64,000 bases of DNA. It comes from an uncultured Planctomycetaceae bacterium (GTDB lineage: Bacteria > Planctomycetota > Planctomycetia > Pirellulales > PALSA-1355). The notes beneath the pieces were generated by a model, which was not told where the DNA came from, did no database searches, and saw only the letters and a program-made list of their open reading frames with translations. The DNA is taken from contig CAWAUV010000008.1 of the NCBI GenBank assembly GCA_963785305.1, positions 672,001 to 736,000 on the forward strand, read 5' to 3'. Shown one piece after another: positions 14,049 to 25,410 of the stretch. A program made the position numbers and the translations under genes. Every line of letters begins with the position of its first letter. The first letter of the stretch is position 1.

Positions 14049-15491
14049 ATGTCCGATGCGTTGAACGATTATCGAGTGTACGACAACCCGCTCATCGGCC
14101 GCTATGCCTCGCGAGCCATGTCCGAGCTTTGGGGGCCGCGGCGCAAATTTTCCACCTGGCGCCGGCTCTGGGTCGCGCTGGCCGAAGCCGAACAGGAGCT
14201 CGGCCTGCCGATTACCGCGGCCCAGATCGCCGAAATGGTGGCCCATGTCGATGACATCGACTTCGCCGCCGCCGAGGGACACGAGCGGCGACTTCGACAC
14301 GACGTAATGGCCCATGTCCATGCGTTTGGCGATGTTTGCCCCCGGGCTCGGGCGATTATTCACCTTGGCGCCACAAGTTGCTTCGTCACCGACAACACCG
14401 ACCTGATGTTGATGCGCGAAGCCCTCGGCATGGTCGCCCAGCGGCTGGCCGCGGCGATTGATCGCTTGGCCGGGTTTGCCGAGCGGCGGAAACATCTCGC
14501 GTGCCTCGCCTTCACCCATTTGCAGCCGGCCCAGCCCACGACCGTCGGCAAGCGAGCCACGCTCTGGGCCTACGATCTGGCCCAAGACCTGGAAGAAGTC
14601 GAACATCGACTCGGAGCGCTCAAGGCCCGCGGCCTCAAGGGCGCGAGCGGCACCCAGGCCAGCTTCTTGAAACTCTTCAATGGCGATCACGCGCGGGTCA
14701 AGCGACTCGAACAGCTCGTGGCCGAGAAGATGGGTTTTACCGAAACCTATGCGGTGACGGGTCAAACCTATTCGCGCAAAGTCGACGCCCAGGTGATCGA
14801 CGCGCTTACCGGCATCGCGGGCAGCGCGCACAAAGCGGCGACCGACTGGCGGCTTTTGCAGGGTCGCAAGGAGTTGGAAGAGCCGTTCGAGGAATCGCAA
14901 ATCGGCTCGTCGGCCATGGCCTACAAGCGCAATCCAATGCGCAGCGAACGCATTTGCAGCCTGGCTCGATTCGTATGCGGCCTGCAAGGCAGCGCGTCGG
15001 CGACGGTCTCGACCCAATGGTTCGAGCGCACTCTCGACGACAGCGCGATTCGTCGGCTGATGATTCCACAGGCTTTTTTGGCGATCGACGCGATCTTGCT
15101 TTTGTACTCGAACGTGGCCGGCGGCTTTGTCGTGTATCCTCGCGTCATTGGCCGCAACTTGGCGCAAGAGCTGCCCTTCATGGCCACCGAGGACTTGCTG
15201 ATGACCGCCGTGGCCGAGGGCGGCGATCGGCAGGAATTGCATGAGCGCATCCGGCGGCATAGTCAGGCGGCGGCGCGCGTCGTGAAGGAAGAGGGCGGCG
15301 ACAACGACTTGCTCGCGCGGCTCGGCCAAGACCCCGCGTTTGCCGGGCTCGACCTGGTCGACGCGCTCGAAACCTCGCGCTATGTGGGCCGGGCGCCCGA
15401 ACAAGTCGATGAATTCTTGGAAGCCGTCGTGGCGCCGATCCGCCGCCGCTACGGGACCGTGGCCGGCTTGGACGAAGAATTGCGAGTCTAG
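14049..15491 (+). CDS. purB: Adenylosuccinate lyase
   Basis: [42 protein letters not shown]. Confidence 0.97.
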   Translation: MSDALNDYRVYDNPLIGRYASRAMSELWGPRRKFSTWRRLWVALAEAEQELGLPITAAQIAEMVAHVDDIDFAAAEGHERRLRHDVMAHVHAFGDVCPRARAIIHLGATSCFVTDNTDLMLMREALGMVAQRLAAAIDRLAGFAERRKHLACLAFTHLQPAQPTTVGKRATLWAYDLAQDLEEVEHRLGALKARGLKGASGTQASFLKLFNGDHARVKRLEQLVAEKMGFTETYAVTGQTYSRKVDAQVIDALTGIAGSAHKAATDWRLLQGRKELEEPFEESQIGSSAMAYKRNPMRSERICSLARFVCGLQGSASATVSTQWFERTLDDSAIRRLMIPQAFLAIDAILLLYSNVAGGFVVYPRVIGRNLAQELPFMATEDLLMTAVAEGGDRQELHERIRRHSQAAARVVKEEGGDNDLLARLGQDPAFAGLDLVDALETSRYVGRAPEQVDEFLEAVVAPIRRRYGTVAGLDEELRV

Positions 15492-15538
15492 CAAGCACGG
15501 ACAAGCGTGAATCACCCTCGGCAATCGCGGCCCATTGC

Positions 15539-15566
15539 TTGACCCCGCCAGCCTCGAGCCTACGAT
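15539..15566 (+). promoter_or_regulatory. Putative sigma70 promoter
   Basis: TTGACC-N16-TACGAT, about 50 bp upstream of ATG 15615. Confidence 0.5.
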
Positions 15567-15614
15567 AAACCGGCGGCCGTTATCTTTGGTGTTTATTACG
15601 TGAAGGAGACTTCG

Positions 15615-16232
15615 ATGCGATTGTTCTCATGCTGCCGTCGCGTGACCGCGATCGTTTTTCTCGTCGCGATTGGCGGCCTCGCGCGGGCTGAAGACGCGGC
15701 GCCCGCGAACGCCGCCGCGCCGGCCGAACCGGATCGCGCTCTGCTTGAAAAGCAATTTGCCGAAACCATGACCGGCGCCACGCTCCGCGGCTGCTTCACG
15801 ATGACTTCGCTCTCCGACGCCCCCTGCAAAGACGACAAGTCGGCTCCGGCCAAGAACGAGCAACCCTCGGGCGAAAAGCCCGGCGACTCAAGCGCCCAAG
15901 AATCCGGGAAAGGGTCGGGCAAGTCGGCCAACGAGGCTCCGCTGAAGGAAGACAGTTACACGCTCGGCCAAGTGCGGAAGCTCGAAGGCGACAACTGGTT
16001 GATCGAAGCCCGCATTCAATATGGCGGCCACGATGTAACCGTGCCGCTCATGCTCAAAGTTCGCTGGGCCGGCGACACGCCCGTGATCACGCTGACCGAT
16101 TTCTCGATCCCGGGCCTGGGCGTTTTCACCTCGCGCGTGCTGTTCTATCGCGGGCAATATGCCGGCACATGGCGCCACGGCGAACATGGCGGCGAAATGT
16201 TTGGGCGAGTGCTCCCGGCCAAAGCCCATTAG
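15615..16232 (+). CDS. Secreted hypothetical protein
   Basis: AAGGAG RBS, signal peptide, globular-looking C-terminal part (WAGDTPVITL...YAGTWRHGEHGGEMFG). Confidence 0.8.
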   Translation: MRLFSCCRRVTAIVFLVAIGGLARAEDAAPANAAAPAEPDRALLEKQFAETMTGATLRGCFTMTSLSDAPCKDDKSAPAKNEQPSGEKPGDSSAQESGKGSGKSANEAPLKEDSYTLGQVRKLEGDNWLIEARIQYGGHDVTVPLMLKVRWAGDTPVITLTDFSIPGLGVFTSRVLFYRGQYAGTWRHGEHGGEMFGRVLPAKAH

Positions 16233-16259
16233 TACCCTGTTGAAATATTCAACTGGTCT
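16229..16259 (+). repeat. YTAG-anchored palindromic element, copy A (degenerate)
   Basis: TTAG-taccctgttgaaatattcaactggtct; the TAG is the stop of the upstream gene. Confidence 0.75.
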
Positions 16260-16285
16260 TTCATTGCCCGCTCATGGATCATCCG

Positions 16286-17029
16286 TCACCGCCAATGTCT
16301 GGCCGCGGCCAGCGTGGCCAGGGCGATCGCCGCGGTTTCGACCCTTAGAATGCTCGCCCCGAGCGACACCCGGCGCCAGCCATGCACATCGGCCAGGGCG
16401 ATTTCCGCGTCGGTAAATCCACCCTCGGGCCCGATCGCGAGCCAGATCGGCGATTCGCCCCGCGCGGGCTCCCAAGGCGCCGGGTTGCCTTGAGGGTCGC
16501 TGGCGCCATTGCTCGGCGTCGCCGGATGCGCGATCCAACGCTCGGCGCCCAGCCGCGGCTCCGCGAGGAAGTCTTGCAGCGAGACGGGCGGCGCGATTTG
16601 CATGAGCCGGTTGCGGCCGCACTGCTTCGTCGCTTCGATCACCGCGCGTTCGAGCCGCGCGATGGCGCCGGTGGTGGCTTCGGCCACGCCGCGCTCGGTC
16701 GCCAGCGGCGTCAGACGCATAACGCCAAGTTCGACCACCTTCTCCACCAGCCACCGCTGCCGTTCGCCCTTGGGCAGCGCCACTCCCAGGGTGATCGGTG
16801 CGCCAACTTCCCGATCGGTCGCCATGCATTCAAGCACCCGCAATTCCACCGCGCCGCGCTTGGCGGTCACAATTTCGGCGATGCATTCGACGCCGCGGCC
16901 ATCGAACAGCGAAACGAGATCGCCCGCGCCCAGCCGGCGCACATCGCGCATATGATGTGCCTCGGGCCCGACCAGCGTGACGCATTGATCGGCGACGAGG
17001 CGAGCTTCGCAGTAGTAGCGTTGGGTCAT
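16286..17029 (-). CDS. rsmE: 16S rRNA m3U1498 methyltransferase
   Basis: HMRDVRRL, EKVVELG, EATKQCGR, IGPEGGF, LGASILRVETA. Confidence 0.95.
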   Translation of the reverse strand: MTQRYYCEARLVADQCVTLVGPEAHHMRDVRRLGAGDLVSLFDGRGVECIAEIVTAKRGAVELRVLECMATDREVGAPITLGVALPKGERQRWLVEKVVELGVMRLTPLATERGVAEATTGAIARLERAVIEATKQCGRNRLMQIAPPVSLQDFLAEPRLGAERWIAHPATPSNGASDPQGNPAPWEPARGESPIWLAIGPEGGFTDAEIALADVHGWRRVSLGASILRVETAAIALATLAAARHWR

Positions 17030-17252
17030 TGCGCGAACATGGCTCCAAGAAGTCCAGTCCCGGGGGGTGTCAGCGGCGCTCAAGCCACTTGGTTGATTTT
17101 ACCGAAGATAACGACAACCCGCATTGCCATGAAAAACGGGCCATGCTTGCGCCCGGGGCGCCGCCAAAGCCGGCGCTAGCCGATGCGCGCCGGCGCCGGC
17201 TTTGCAGTGCGGAGTGGTTTCGATCGGGCCGATCCAACGCAGCGAGTTTACA

Positions 17253-18064
17253 ATGAGCCATTACTGGGGCCTCGATGAATCGCCCTTCGCGACTTTGTCG
17301 GAGCGTTATTTTCATGAATCGGCCAATATCGAGGAATCGCTCGCCCGACTCCAGTTTCTCGTCGAGCATCGTCGCCGGCTGGGACTGATGTTGGGCGCGC
17401 CGGGGTCGGCAAGAGCGCGATCCTCCGCTGGTTTGCCCGCCAATCGCGCGGCGAAGGGCGCCAGGTGGCGCTGGTGAGCGCGCTCGGCATCGGACCCGCG
17501 GAGTTTTTGACCGAGCTCGCGCGCGAACTTGGCGCCGACGATGGTCGCGGCGCCACGCCCGCCGCGGCGTGGCGGGCGCTCGATGATTTCTTCGCCACGA
17601 ACCGCTATCAAGGCGCCGAGACAGTATTGCTTATCGACGACGCCGACGAGGCCGAGCCGGCGACCATTGCCCAGCTCACGCGGCTGGCCCAGTATCCTGG
17701 CAATGCGGGCGGCGCGTTGACGATCGTCATCGCCGGCCGCGAGAGCCATGTCACGGCGCTTGGCCCGCGACTGCTCGATCTGGCCGAACTGCGAATCGAT
17801 ATCGAGACATGGGAAGCCCTCGACACGGCGAACTTCGTGCGCCAATCGCTTGCGACCGCGGGAGGGCGCCGCGAGATTTTTTCGTCGCCGGCGCTTGGCC
17901 GCATTCACGACTATGCCCAGGGGTTGCCGCGCCGCGTGAAGCAACTGGCCGACCTGTGCTTGCTGGCGGGCGCGGGCGCCGAAGTCGCGCAAATCGAAGT
18001 CGACTTGGTGGACAACGTGTTTCATGAGCTCGGCGTGATCGCGACCGCGGCGCCGCTCGCCTGA
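17253..18064 (+). CDS. ExeA/GspA-like AAA ATPase (frameshift in the G run of Walker A near 17403)
   Basis: HYWGLDESPF, GAPG[V]GKS, VLLIDDAD, AQGLPRRVKQLADLCL. Confidence 0.8.
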
Positions 18065-18113
18065 TCGCGGCGCCCGGGGTTGCCAGCAGCGCATTGGGGC
18101 AAGGCGCCGTGGA

Positions 18114-18413
18114 TCAAGGCGCATTGGGAGCGGCGGCTGGCGGCGCGGCGGCATTGCCCTGCGGCGCGGCCGCAATGGGGCCGGCCGGCGCTTCCGCATC
18201 GGCGGGCGGCGGAGGCGCGTCGCGGCGCAATTCAACCGCTCGCTTATCGACAAGTTTGTCGTAATCCCCCGTTCCGCATCCCCCAACCAAGAGACATGCG
18301 ACGACCGCCGCTCGCCACGCGACCGCCGCCGTGTTATCCGCGCGCCCCGCCCGGCATTCGCAAACTCCGCGAACGCGCCGGTTCGTTGCAGAATCGGAAG
18401 TCCAATCGTTCAT
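18114..18413 (-). CDS. Small Pro/Ala-rich putative lipoprotein
   Basis: Hydrophobic stretch ending in a lipobox-like LLVGGC; start uncertain. Confidence 0.5.
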   Translation of the reverse strand: MNDWTSDSATNRRVRGVCECRAGRADNTAAVAWRAAVVACLLVGGCGTGDYDKLVDKRAVELRRDAPPPPADAEAPAGPIAAAPQGNAAAPPAAAPNAP

Positions 18414-18460
18414 AAACGCCTCGATTTAGAGCCTATTCGAGAATTTCCGCGAACCCTCGT

Positions 18461-19050
18461 CCAGGGCTTTGATGCCAGCGTTTCGCGCGCTAGCGCGGGA
18501 TTCGACGGAGCGGGCTTCTTTTCGACAATCATTCGCCACGCGACGACTAACACTCATTGTGCGAGGCGCCGAGATGATTGTCGAGACGATGTTCGAGCGG
18601 TGTTACCGGAAAAGTCCCTTGCTCGCCGGTAATGGTCCGCCGCACGCTGAAATGGCCTCTCTCCGACGAAAAGTCAGACGCGTGGTGATGTACAATGCGC
18701 TCGGTGTGATGAGGGCGTCGCCGCGGGCCGCGCACGGAGCGGATGCGATTAAAAAGAATCGGTCGACGTATGACGTATTATGTGGCCGACGAGATCAGCG
18801 GCGCATGGCGCGGCATGGAGATCGCGATTCCCGAGCCTTACTGGCGCGAGACCTTCGGCCCAATGAGCGTGTCGGAATTGGCCGAGACACTGGTCCGCCT
18901 GGCCCAAGCGGTCCGGCTCTCCCGATTCCAAAAGCAACCGCGCGGCAAGAAGAAACCGCCACCGAAACGCACCGGCGCCAAACCCCACTTCGCCACCGCC
19001 GAAATACTCGCGCACCGCAAACGCCGGAAATAATACCTTTGAAGCCCTGG
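18461..19050 (+). mobile_element. Internally deleted IS4-like element (non-autonomous remnant)
   Basis: Terminal inverted repeats CCAGGGCTT(tga)/(ttg)AAGCCCTGG. Transposase-like N-terminus (MIVETMFER..KSP..VMVR, from 18574) joined to a C-terminus (YYVADEISG...FQKQPRGKKKPPPKR...HFATAEIL). Only 590 bp, no room for the DDE core. Confidence 0.75.
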
Positions 19051-20121
19051 ATAGTTCGCCCACTTCGAGCGATTTTTACATCTACGACGGCGAGAACGTG
19101 CTGCTCGCGCTGAATTCCTCGGGCGAAGTCGTCGATCGCTACCTCGACGGCCCGGCGGTCGATCAGGTGTTCGCGGCCGGAAACCAGCTCGGGCGTCGTC
19201 GATTGGCTCTTGGCCGATAATCTGGGCAGCGTGCGCGACGTGGTCCAGTACAACGCGAGCACCGGCAACACCGACATCCTCGACCACATCCTCTACGACG
19301 CCTTCGGCAACGTGGTCTCGCAAACCGACGCCGCCGATCAGCCGGCGTTCCTCTTCGCCGGCGAAATGTATGACTCGAACACCGGATTGTACTACGACCA
19401 CGAGCGCTGGTATGATCCCGAAACCGGCGACTTCATCAGCCAAGACCCACTCGGCTTCGCGGCGGGCGATAGCAATTTGAATCGCTATGTGGGGAATAAT
19501 GTTACCAGCCTGACCGATCCGAGCGGGATGGCGCCGGCCGCAGGCCATTGGGAACTTTTTCAAGACCCGGGCGGGAGAGCGCTGCAAGAAACCGTTCCCG
19601 TCCAGCTCAATGCCGCTCGTCCGCCCGCCCCGAACGCTGGCCAGCCTGATTCCGGCGACGATGTGGGCGTGATTCACAGCAACTCCGGCGGCGCATCGCC
19701 AGGATACAACCCGCGATCGGTCCGTGCGTCGGCATGGGACATCTACTGGGGCGAGCGAGGATTCTGGAAAGACAGCCTCATCATGCCCTGGAACAATACG
19801 TCCGAGGTGGATGCCGGTGATACGGCGCTCAAATGGGGCAAATGGGGCGGCGAAGCTACTGCCGTGACCGCAGGTACGGCTGCGGCAGCCCTAACCTACG
19901 CGAGCGCCGCAGCCGCCGCCGCAGCAGCCGCCGCTCGTGCGCAACAAATCGCTGGCGCCTAGGCCGCGCTGGCAGCAGCTATTGCGTCGCGTGAGTGGTG
20001 GGGGACTAACATCGGCCACCTGACAGGCGAAGCACTCGAAACAGCGGAAGAACTTATCCTCAAGCGCGATGCCGAGATTGAACAGCTACAAAAGTTATTC
20101 GGGATACTCACGGGCAAATGA
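19051..20121 (+). pseudogene. 5'-truncated Rhs core plus C-terminal toxin tip; frameshift near 19180 and in-frame TAG at 19960-19962
   Basis: YIYDGENV, DNLGSVRD, YDAFGN, TGLYYDHERWYDPETGDFISQDPLG, NLNRYVGNN..TDPSG. The frame stays open after the TAG up to TGA 20121. Confidence 0.88.
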
Positions 20122-20124
20122 ACG

Positions 20125-20442
20125 ATGCGATTTGAATTCTGGCGTAACGAACTGATTGAATACGTACAAAGCGGCAATGATAATTCGCTTCGAGCGTCTG
20201 CGATCGGGATACTTTCCGGAGAGTATCTAAAATCCAACGATCCGGCAGTTGGAAGAGCGATCGCCGAGTTCGTCGTTGACGAATCCGTTAGCGTTGACTT
20301 ACGGAAGTTCGCATACCTATGCTTGCTTGAAGTCTCAGATTTTAGCTACAAAGATTATCCCGATTTGGAAACGTTTGTTTTTCCTGAACTTGTCAACCGT
20401 GAGCTATTGGATCATTTCCTCGGCAAAACCACGTCGCCATAA
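20125..20442 (+). CDS. Candidate immunity protein for the Rhs tip
   Basis: 105-aa helical-looking ORF starting 3 bp after the tip; visibly lower GC than the flanks. Confidence 0.65.
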   Translation: MRFEFWRNELIEYVQSGNDNSLRASAIGILSGEYLKSNDPAVGRAIAEFVVDESVSVDLRKFAYLCLLEVSDFSYKDYPDLETFVFPELVNRELLDHFLGKTTSP

Positions 20443-20619
20443 TGAACTGTTCCTGTCCCTCCCGGAAACTTCATCCGGGTGGATTGCGGCGTAGGAAGGC
20501 GCGGTTTCGGGAAGGGGTTTTTGGCGGCACGTCGAGAGATTTTTTGATGGGGCGAGTAAAAATAGGCATTGCGGGCCTGTTCTCGTTCCTCGGCGCGGCT
20601 TCGCCGTCGGCCCAGGTGG

Positions 20620-21255
20620 CCGATCCTTCGGATTCTTCGATCCTGCTGGGGCCGGTTTACAACGCGGTGGGCGAGGAGATTTCGAGCACCGATCTCTTGG
20701 GCAACGTCACGTCGTACACCTACAACGCCCTGGGCGAGGAGACGAGCATGACTCAGCCGGCGGCCAGCGGCTCGGGGAGCGGGGGCGTGACGTACTACGG
20801 TTACGACGCCGACGGCGAATTGACCAGCGTCACCGATCCGCTGGGCAATGTCACCACCTACGGCTACGACAACCTGAGCCGCGAAACGAGCGTCAGCCTG
20901 CCGAACGCGTCGACCGGCGCCGCCGGCGGTCCGACCACCAGCTACGGCTACGATCTCGATGGCGAACTGACCAGCGAAACCGATCCGCTGGGCAACGAGA
21001 CGATCTACGCCTACGACGACGCCGGCGACCTGACCAGCCTGACCGATCCCGACGGCAACACGACCAGCTACGCGTACGACGGCGATGGCCAAGTCGTGAG
21101 CGAGTCGCGCGATGTCTATGAAAACTCCACGGCGACGGACGCGGCCGTGAGCGAGAGCATGGCGTATGACCTCGATGGCAACCTCACGCAGCTAGTCGAC
21201 TACGACGGCCGCGTGACCAATTACAGCTACAACTCGCTGAACGAGGAGACCCAAG
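20620..21255 (+). pseudogene. Internal YD/Rhs-repeat fragment
   Basis: Repeated Y.YD.DG.LTS.TDP.GN.T.Y.YD units with no credible N-terminus and no Rhs core end. Confidence 0.85.
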
Positions 21256-21525
21256 ACACCCAAAACGAGACTTTTCGCCGAGCAATGCGCATGGAAACGG
21301 AAGAACCGGTTTTTTGCCATGTGTGGTCGACTTCGGGACCGCAGTTTCGTTACGGACGCCGGGCGCGGAATTGTGGCTTGGGCGCCGCGGGATAGCGAGT
21401 GGGGTTCGGCCACGCCCGTCAGCGGCGTGTCGCGGGCCTTCACCTTGGACCATGATGGCGACCTGGACCTCGGCGGCGACCCTCACCAGCATCGCGAACA
21501 CATTTCCCCCGCGACCGCCGAGGGC

Positions 21526-23454
21526 TCAATTTTCGTAGGGCATCAGAATCCGGTCGGGCTCGAGGCCCGCGATCGAGCGGAATCCGCCATCGGCGATGGC
21601 TTCGCCCAACCGGGTGGCAGTGCGAAAATAGCGATCGCTCGGCCGCCGGCCCGAAAGCTTGCGGGTCAGGTCTTGGCAGAGCAGGTCGGCGGCGGCGCGG
21701 ACCACTTCGTCGTCTTGCCGAGCGCCATGAAGACTCACGCAGAGCATGGTCACCATGTCTTGCACTCGCTGCGAAAGCTCCGACATGCGGCATTGCCGAT
21801 CGGCCAGCGCCAACTGATGCTTGCTCATCACGGAGCTGATCTCGACGCCGACGCGGGCAAGTCCCGCGGCCGCGAACTGGGCATGTTCGTCGAGCGGCGC
21901 GGGCATCGGCGGCAAAGCCGGTTCGGGCGGCGGCGCGAGGCGATGCGCGGCGAGCCACTTGGCATAGGGCCAGACGACGCCCTTGAGCGCCCAGGCATGG
22001 GCCGGATTGAGCGGGTTGGGCTTGCGGATGCCGGCGGCTTGCAGCGCTTTGCCGATCGGCTCGAAAAACCGCACTCCATGTTGCTTGACGAGCGACTTGA
22101 AGAACCCCATTGCGAGCATTTCGCCTTCGCCTTCGTAGATGCAAGGCGCCAGATATTCATGCACATTGTCGCCGAAGATATGGCCGGCGAGAAACGATCG
22201 ACCGCCGTGGGTTTTCATGAACAGCTCGATCGCGGCTTCTTTTTGGGCCTCGGAGCCGAAAATCTTGGCCACGATGCATTCCATCTCGCCGCGATAGCCT
22301 TGATCGATCAGCCCCGAACACCAGGCCACGAGCGCGTCGGCCCCGGTGATGAGCCCGGCCAATCGCGCCAGGCGGCGGCGCACCAGTTCGCGAGTGGCGA
22401 TCGGGGCGCCATAGGTTTTGCGAAAACGTCCCCAAGGCAACATGCTGGCGAGCATGATGCGCATCGTGCCCGCCGCATTCGCGCAGAGCGCGATCCGGCC
22501 GAGATTTAGGCCGTGGTATGCGATCGTGAGTCCATCGCCGCGCGGCGGTCGCAGTAGATTGACCGCCGGCACGCGAAAGTCGCGCAGCACGATGCCTTGA
22601 TTGTGCGTGTGCTTGAGCGCGTAGAGCCCGTATTTGCGCAGTTGAAAATGTTCGTTTTCCTCTTGGGGCAAATCGACGATCAATACCGCCGGCCGATGCT
22701 CGACGTGGCACACCAAACCGATCGTTCGCCCGGGCCGAACATTGGTGATAAACAGCTTTTCGCCATTGACCACATAGTCGTCGCCATCGAGTTCGGCGTG
22801 GGTTCGCAGCGCGGTGAGGTCCGAGCCGGCGCAGGGCTCGGTGAGCGCGAAGGCCGAGAGTCGCTCGCCGCTGGCAAGTTTCGGTAGGAAACGGGCTCGC
22901 TGCTCGCTATCGCCAAATGTGCGAACTGGGTCGACCGCCCCGATGCAGCCATGGACCGACGCCAGCCCGGCGATGGTCGGGTCGGCGAGCGCCATGCGAG
23001 TGAGAAACGGCGCGAAGCTCGAAAACGACGCGCCCGAGCCGCCATAGGCCTTGTCGACCAGGAGGCCCCAGTATCCGGCCGCCGCGAGCTCGGCGAACAC
23101 GTCGTCGGCAATCTTGCGTTGGCCGTCGAGCAGCGTGCCGGCCGCCCGGCGTCGAGCCACCACCGCGATCGAGTCATCCATCACCTTCGCGATCTCGGGC
23201 GGCGTGGCGCCTGGCTTGCTAACGAACAGATCGACCGGCAGATCGCGTTCCCAAACCGCGCGATGGATTGGGCTATGGACGGTTTGGTACTGCGGCGCGA
23301 AGAGGGCCTCGACCTGATCGTCGGCCTTGTCGATGGCGCCGGTGCGGCGAGCTTCGTCGTCGCTTTTGCCGCCTAATTTCAGCGCCGTTTCGGCGAAACT
23401 GGCTTCGTTTTCAGACGGATGGACGCTCGGGACGTCGTGCGCGGTGGATTTCAT
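21526..23454 (-). CDS. Acyl-CoA dehydrogenase family protein (long form)
   Basis: [39 protein letters not shown]. Confidence 0.92.
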   Translation of the reverse strand: MKSTAHDVPSVHPSENEASFAETALKLGGKSDDEARRTGAIDKADDQVEALFAPQYQTVHSPIHRAVWERDLPVDLFVSKPGATPPEIAKVMDDSIAVVARRRAAGTLLDGQRKIADDVFAELAAAGYWGLLVDKAYGGSGASFSSFAPFLTRMALADPTIAGLASVHGCIGAVDPVRTFGDSEQRARFLPKLASGERLSAFALTEPCAGSDLTALRTHAELDGDDYVVNGEKLFITNVRPGRTIGLVCHVEHRPAVLIVDLPQEENEHFQLRKYGLYALKHTHNQGIVLRDFRVPAVNLLRPPRGDGLTIAYHGLNLGRIALCANAAGTMRIMLASMLPWGRFRKTYGAPIATRELVRRRLARLAGLITGADALVAWCSGLIDQGYRGEMECIVAKIFGSEAQKEAAIELFMKTHGGRSFLAGHIFGDNVHEYLAPCIYEGEGEMLAMGFFKSLVKQHGVRFFEPIGKALQAAGIRKPNPLNPAHAWALKGVVWPYAKWLAAHRLAPPPEPALPPMPAPLDEHAQFAAAGLARVGVEISSVMSKHQLALADRQCRMSELSQRVQDMVTMLCVSLHGARQDDEVVRAAADLLCQDLTRKLSGRRPSDRYFRTATRLGEAIADGGFRSIAGLEPDRILMPYEN

Positions 23455-23546
23455 GGCTGCGATTCCTGGGGGGATGGCGGCTCCTGCCGGGCGCGGGAAC
23501 TGCGCGAATTCGAACTGCCGCCTCAATTATACGCGCGCAAACCGAA

Positions 23547-25400
23547 TCAAAAGGCGTCGCCGGGCGCTTGCGGCGCTTCGGCGATTCTTTCCGCCCTCGC
23601 CGCGGCGCCGGAATCGGCGTAGAGTAGCTCGATTTCGCGGGAATAATAGTGTTCGATCACGGCGCGGCGCGGCTTGAGCGTCGGTGTGAGTTGGCCGTTT
23701 TCTTGACTAAAACCGCGGGTGAGCACGATGAATTTGCCGACTTGTTCCCATTCCGCGCACTCAGCGAGCCGCTGGGCGATCCGCCGCGAAAGCAGCTCCG
23801 GCGCCGCCGGATGGTCGAGCGGCTCGCAAGCAATTCGAGCTTCGCCCGTGGGCCGCGCTTCTGGCGCCGAAGGGTCGGCGGGCGGTGGGCCGGCGCCGCC
23901 CGACTCCACCGCGGTCCGCCCGGCGGCGCGCTGCTCCGCGGCAAGCTCCTCGCGCAGACGTTCGACATCGGGCACGATAAGCGCCGTGAGAAAGCGGCGG
24001 CCATCGCCCACGAGCATCGCCTGGGCCACGAGCGGGTCGGCCGTGAGTCGGCTTTCGATGCCAGCGGGAGAAACTTTCTTCCCGTTCGTAAGCACGAGCA
24101 TTTCCTTCTTCCGGCCCACGATCCGGAGGTGGCCTTCGTCCCAGGCGCCCAAATCGCCAGTCGCGAGCCAACCATCGGCGTTGATGACCGCCGCCGTGTC
24201 TGCCGGACGATTCCAATAACCGAGCATCACATGGGGACCGCGGGTGAGAATCTCTCCATCGTCGGCAATTCGAACCTCGACTCCTGGAATCGGCGGACCC
24301 ACCGTGCCCAAGCGGTGATGCTTGCGACCGCCGGTCGTAATCACGGGCGATGTTTCCGTGAGCCCATAGCCCTGCGTCAGCAACACGCCCTGGCGGCGAT
24401 AGAACTCGGCGGTGTGATCGGCCAGCGGAGCGCCGCCCGAGCAAAGGAATCGCATTCGGCCCCCGAGCAAACCTTGCAGTGCGCCGGGCTCGCTGGCGCG
24501 GCCTTGCGATTCGAGATATCGCTCGAGCTTTTCATAGAAGTAAGGCACGCCGTTGAGCACCGTGGGACGCGCCGCGGCGAGATCGCGGAGCAGGGTCTCG
24601 CGACTTTCGGCCAGCGCCAGCGGAATGCCCGACGCGAGCCAGATATAGAGGTCGCTGGTGCGAGCGAAAATATGCGAAAGCGGCAGCCAAGCCATTCGCA
24701 AATCGCCGGGCTCGGGCTCGAAGGTCTCGAACGCGGCGAGCGCATTGAATGCCAAGTTGCCGTGGCTAAGCATCACGCCCTTGGGCTCGGCGGTCGTGCC
24801 CGAGGTGTAGAGAATCGTGGCCAACCGCGCGGGCGTCGTGCGTTGGAGCGCGGCGGCGAGCAGTGGTTCGATATCGGCCGGCGGCGCGGCGATCGCCAAG
24901 GCAACGAGCGACGGATCGTCGATCAAGTGGCAATGCGCGTCGCCAACCAATTCCGTCGCGCGGGCCAAGAGCGCGTTGTTGCTTAGGCCGATCGCGAGGC
25001 GAGATCCGCTGTCGCGCAGTTGCCAGGCCATTTGCTCTGGCGAGAGCGCTGCATGCACCGCCACATGCACGGCGCCCGCGAGATGCACGGCCAGATCGAT
25101 CACGATCCAAAGATACCGGTTTCCCGATACTTGCCCCACGCGGTCACCTGGCCCGACGCCAAGCTCGCCGAGCGCCCAGGCCACGCGACGCACATCGTCG
25201 GCCAGTTCGCTCCACGAAACGGCTTCGAAGCCATTGTCGCTCGCCGCCGGATACTCGCGCCCGGCGATTTGCGGCGCGAAGATTCGCGAGCGGGCTCCGG
25301 AGCGAACCAGCAGCGCCGTTTCGTGGCCACTGCCGCGGAATCGGCCCGCGACGAGCGATACGAGCGTCTCGCGATTTTTATCCCAAGCAATTTGATTCAT
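23547..25400 (-). CDS. Long-chain fatty acyl-CoA synthetase (AMP-binding)
   Basis: YTSGTTAEPKG, QGYGLTETSP, GWLATGDLG, TPTLK. Confidence 0.92.
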   Translation of the reverse strand: MNQIAWDKNRETLVSLVAGRFRGSGHETALLVRSGARSRIFAPQIAGREYPAASDNGFEAVSWSELADDVRRVAWALGELGVGPGDRVGQVSGNRYLWIVIDLAVHLAGAVHVAVHAALSPEQMAWQLRDSGSRLAIGLSNNALLARATELVGDAHCHLIDDPSLVALAIAAPPADIEPLLAAALQRTTPARLATILYTSGTTAEPKGVMLSHGNLAFNALAAFETFEPEPGDLRMAWLPLSHIFARTSDLYIWLASGIPLALAESRETLLRDLAAARPTVLNGVPYFYEKLERYLESQGRASEPGALQGLLGGRMRFLCSGGAPLADHTAEFYRRQGVLLTQGYGLTETSPVITTGGRKHHRLGTVGPPIPGVEVRIADDGEILTRGPHVMLGYWNRPADTAAVINADGWLATGDLGAWDEGHLRIVGRKKEMLVLTNGKKVSPAGIESRLTADPLVAQAMLVGDGRRFLTALIVPDVERLREELAAEQRAAGRTAVESGGAGPPPADPSAPEARPTGEARIACEPLDHPAAPELLSRRIAQRLAECAEWEQVGKFIVLTRGFSQENGQLTPTLKPRRAVIEHYYSREIELLYADSGAAARAERIAEAPQAPGDAF

Positions 25401-25410
25401 GGCAAAGACT

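Noticed and set aside
17253..18064. ExeA-like ATPase as a marker of a secretion system or Tn7-like transposon
   Set aside because: No secretion genes or cognate integrase/transposase adjacent; it appears to be stand-alone.
18426..18450. tagagcctattcgagaa as a second IS end
   Set aside because: No matching partner repeat found in the window.
19960..19962. Amber read-through, pyrrolysine or alternative genetic code
   Set aside because: Many intact genes here end in TAG and no pyl genes are visible; a nonsense mutation or base error is simpler.
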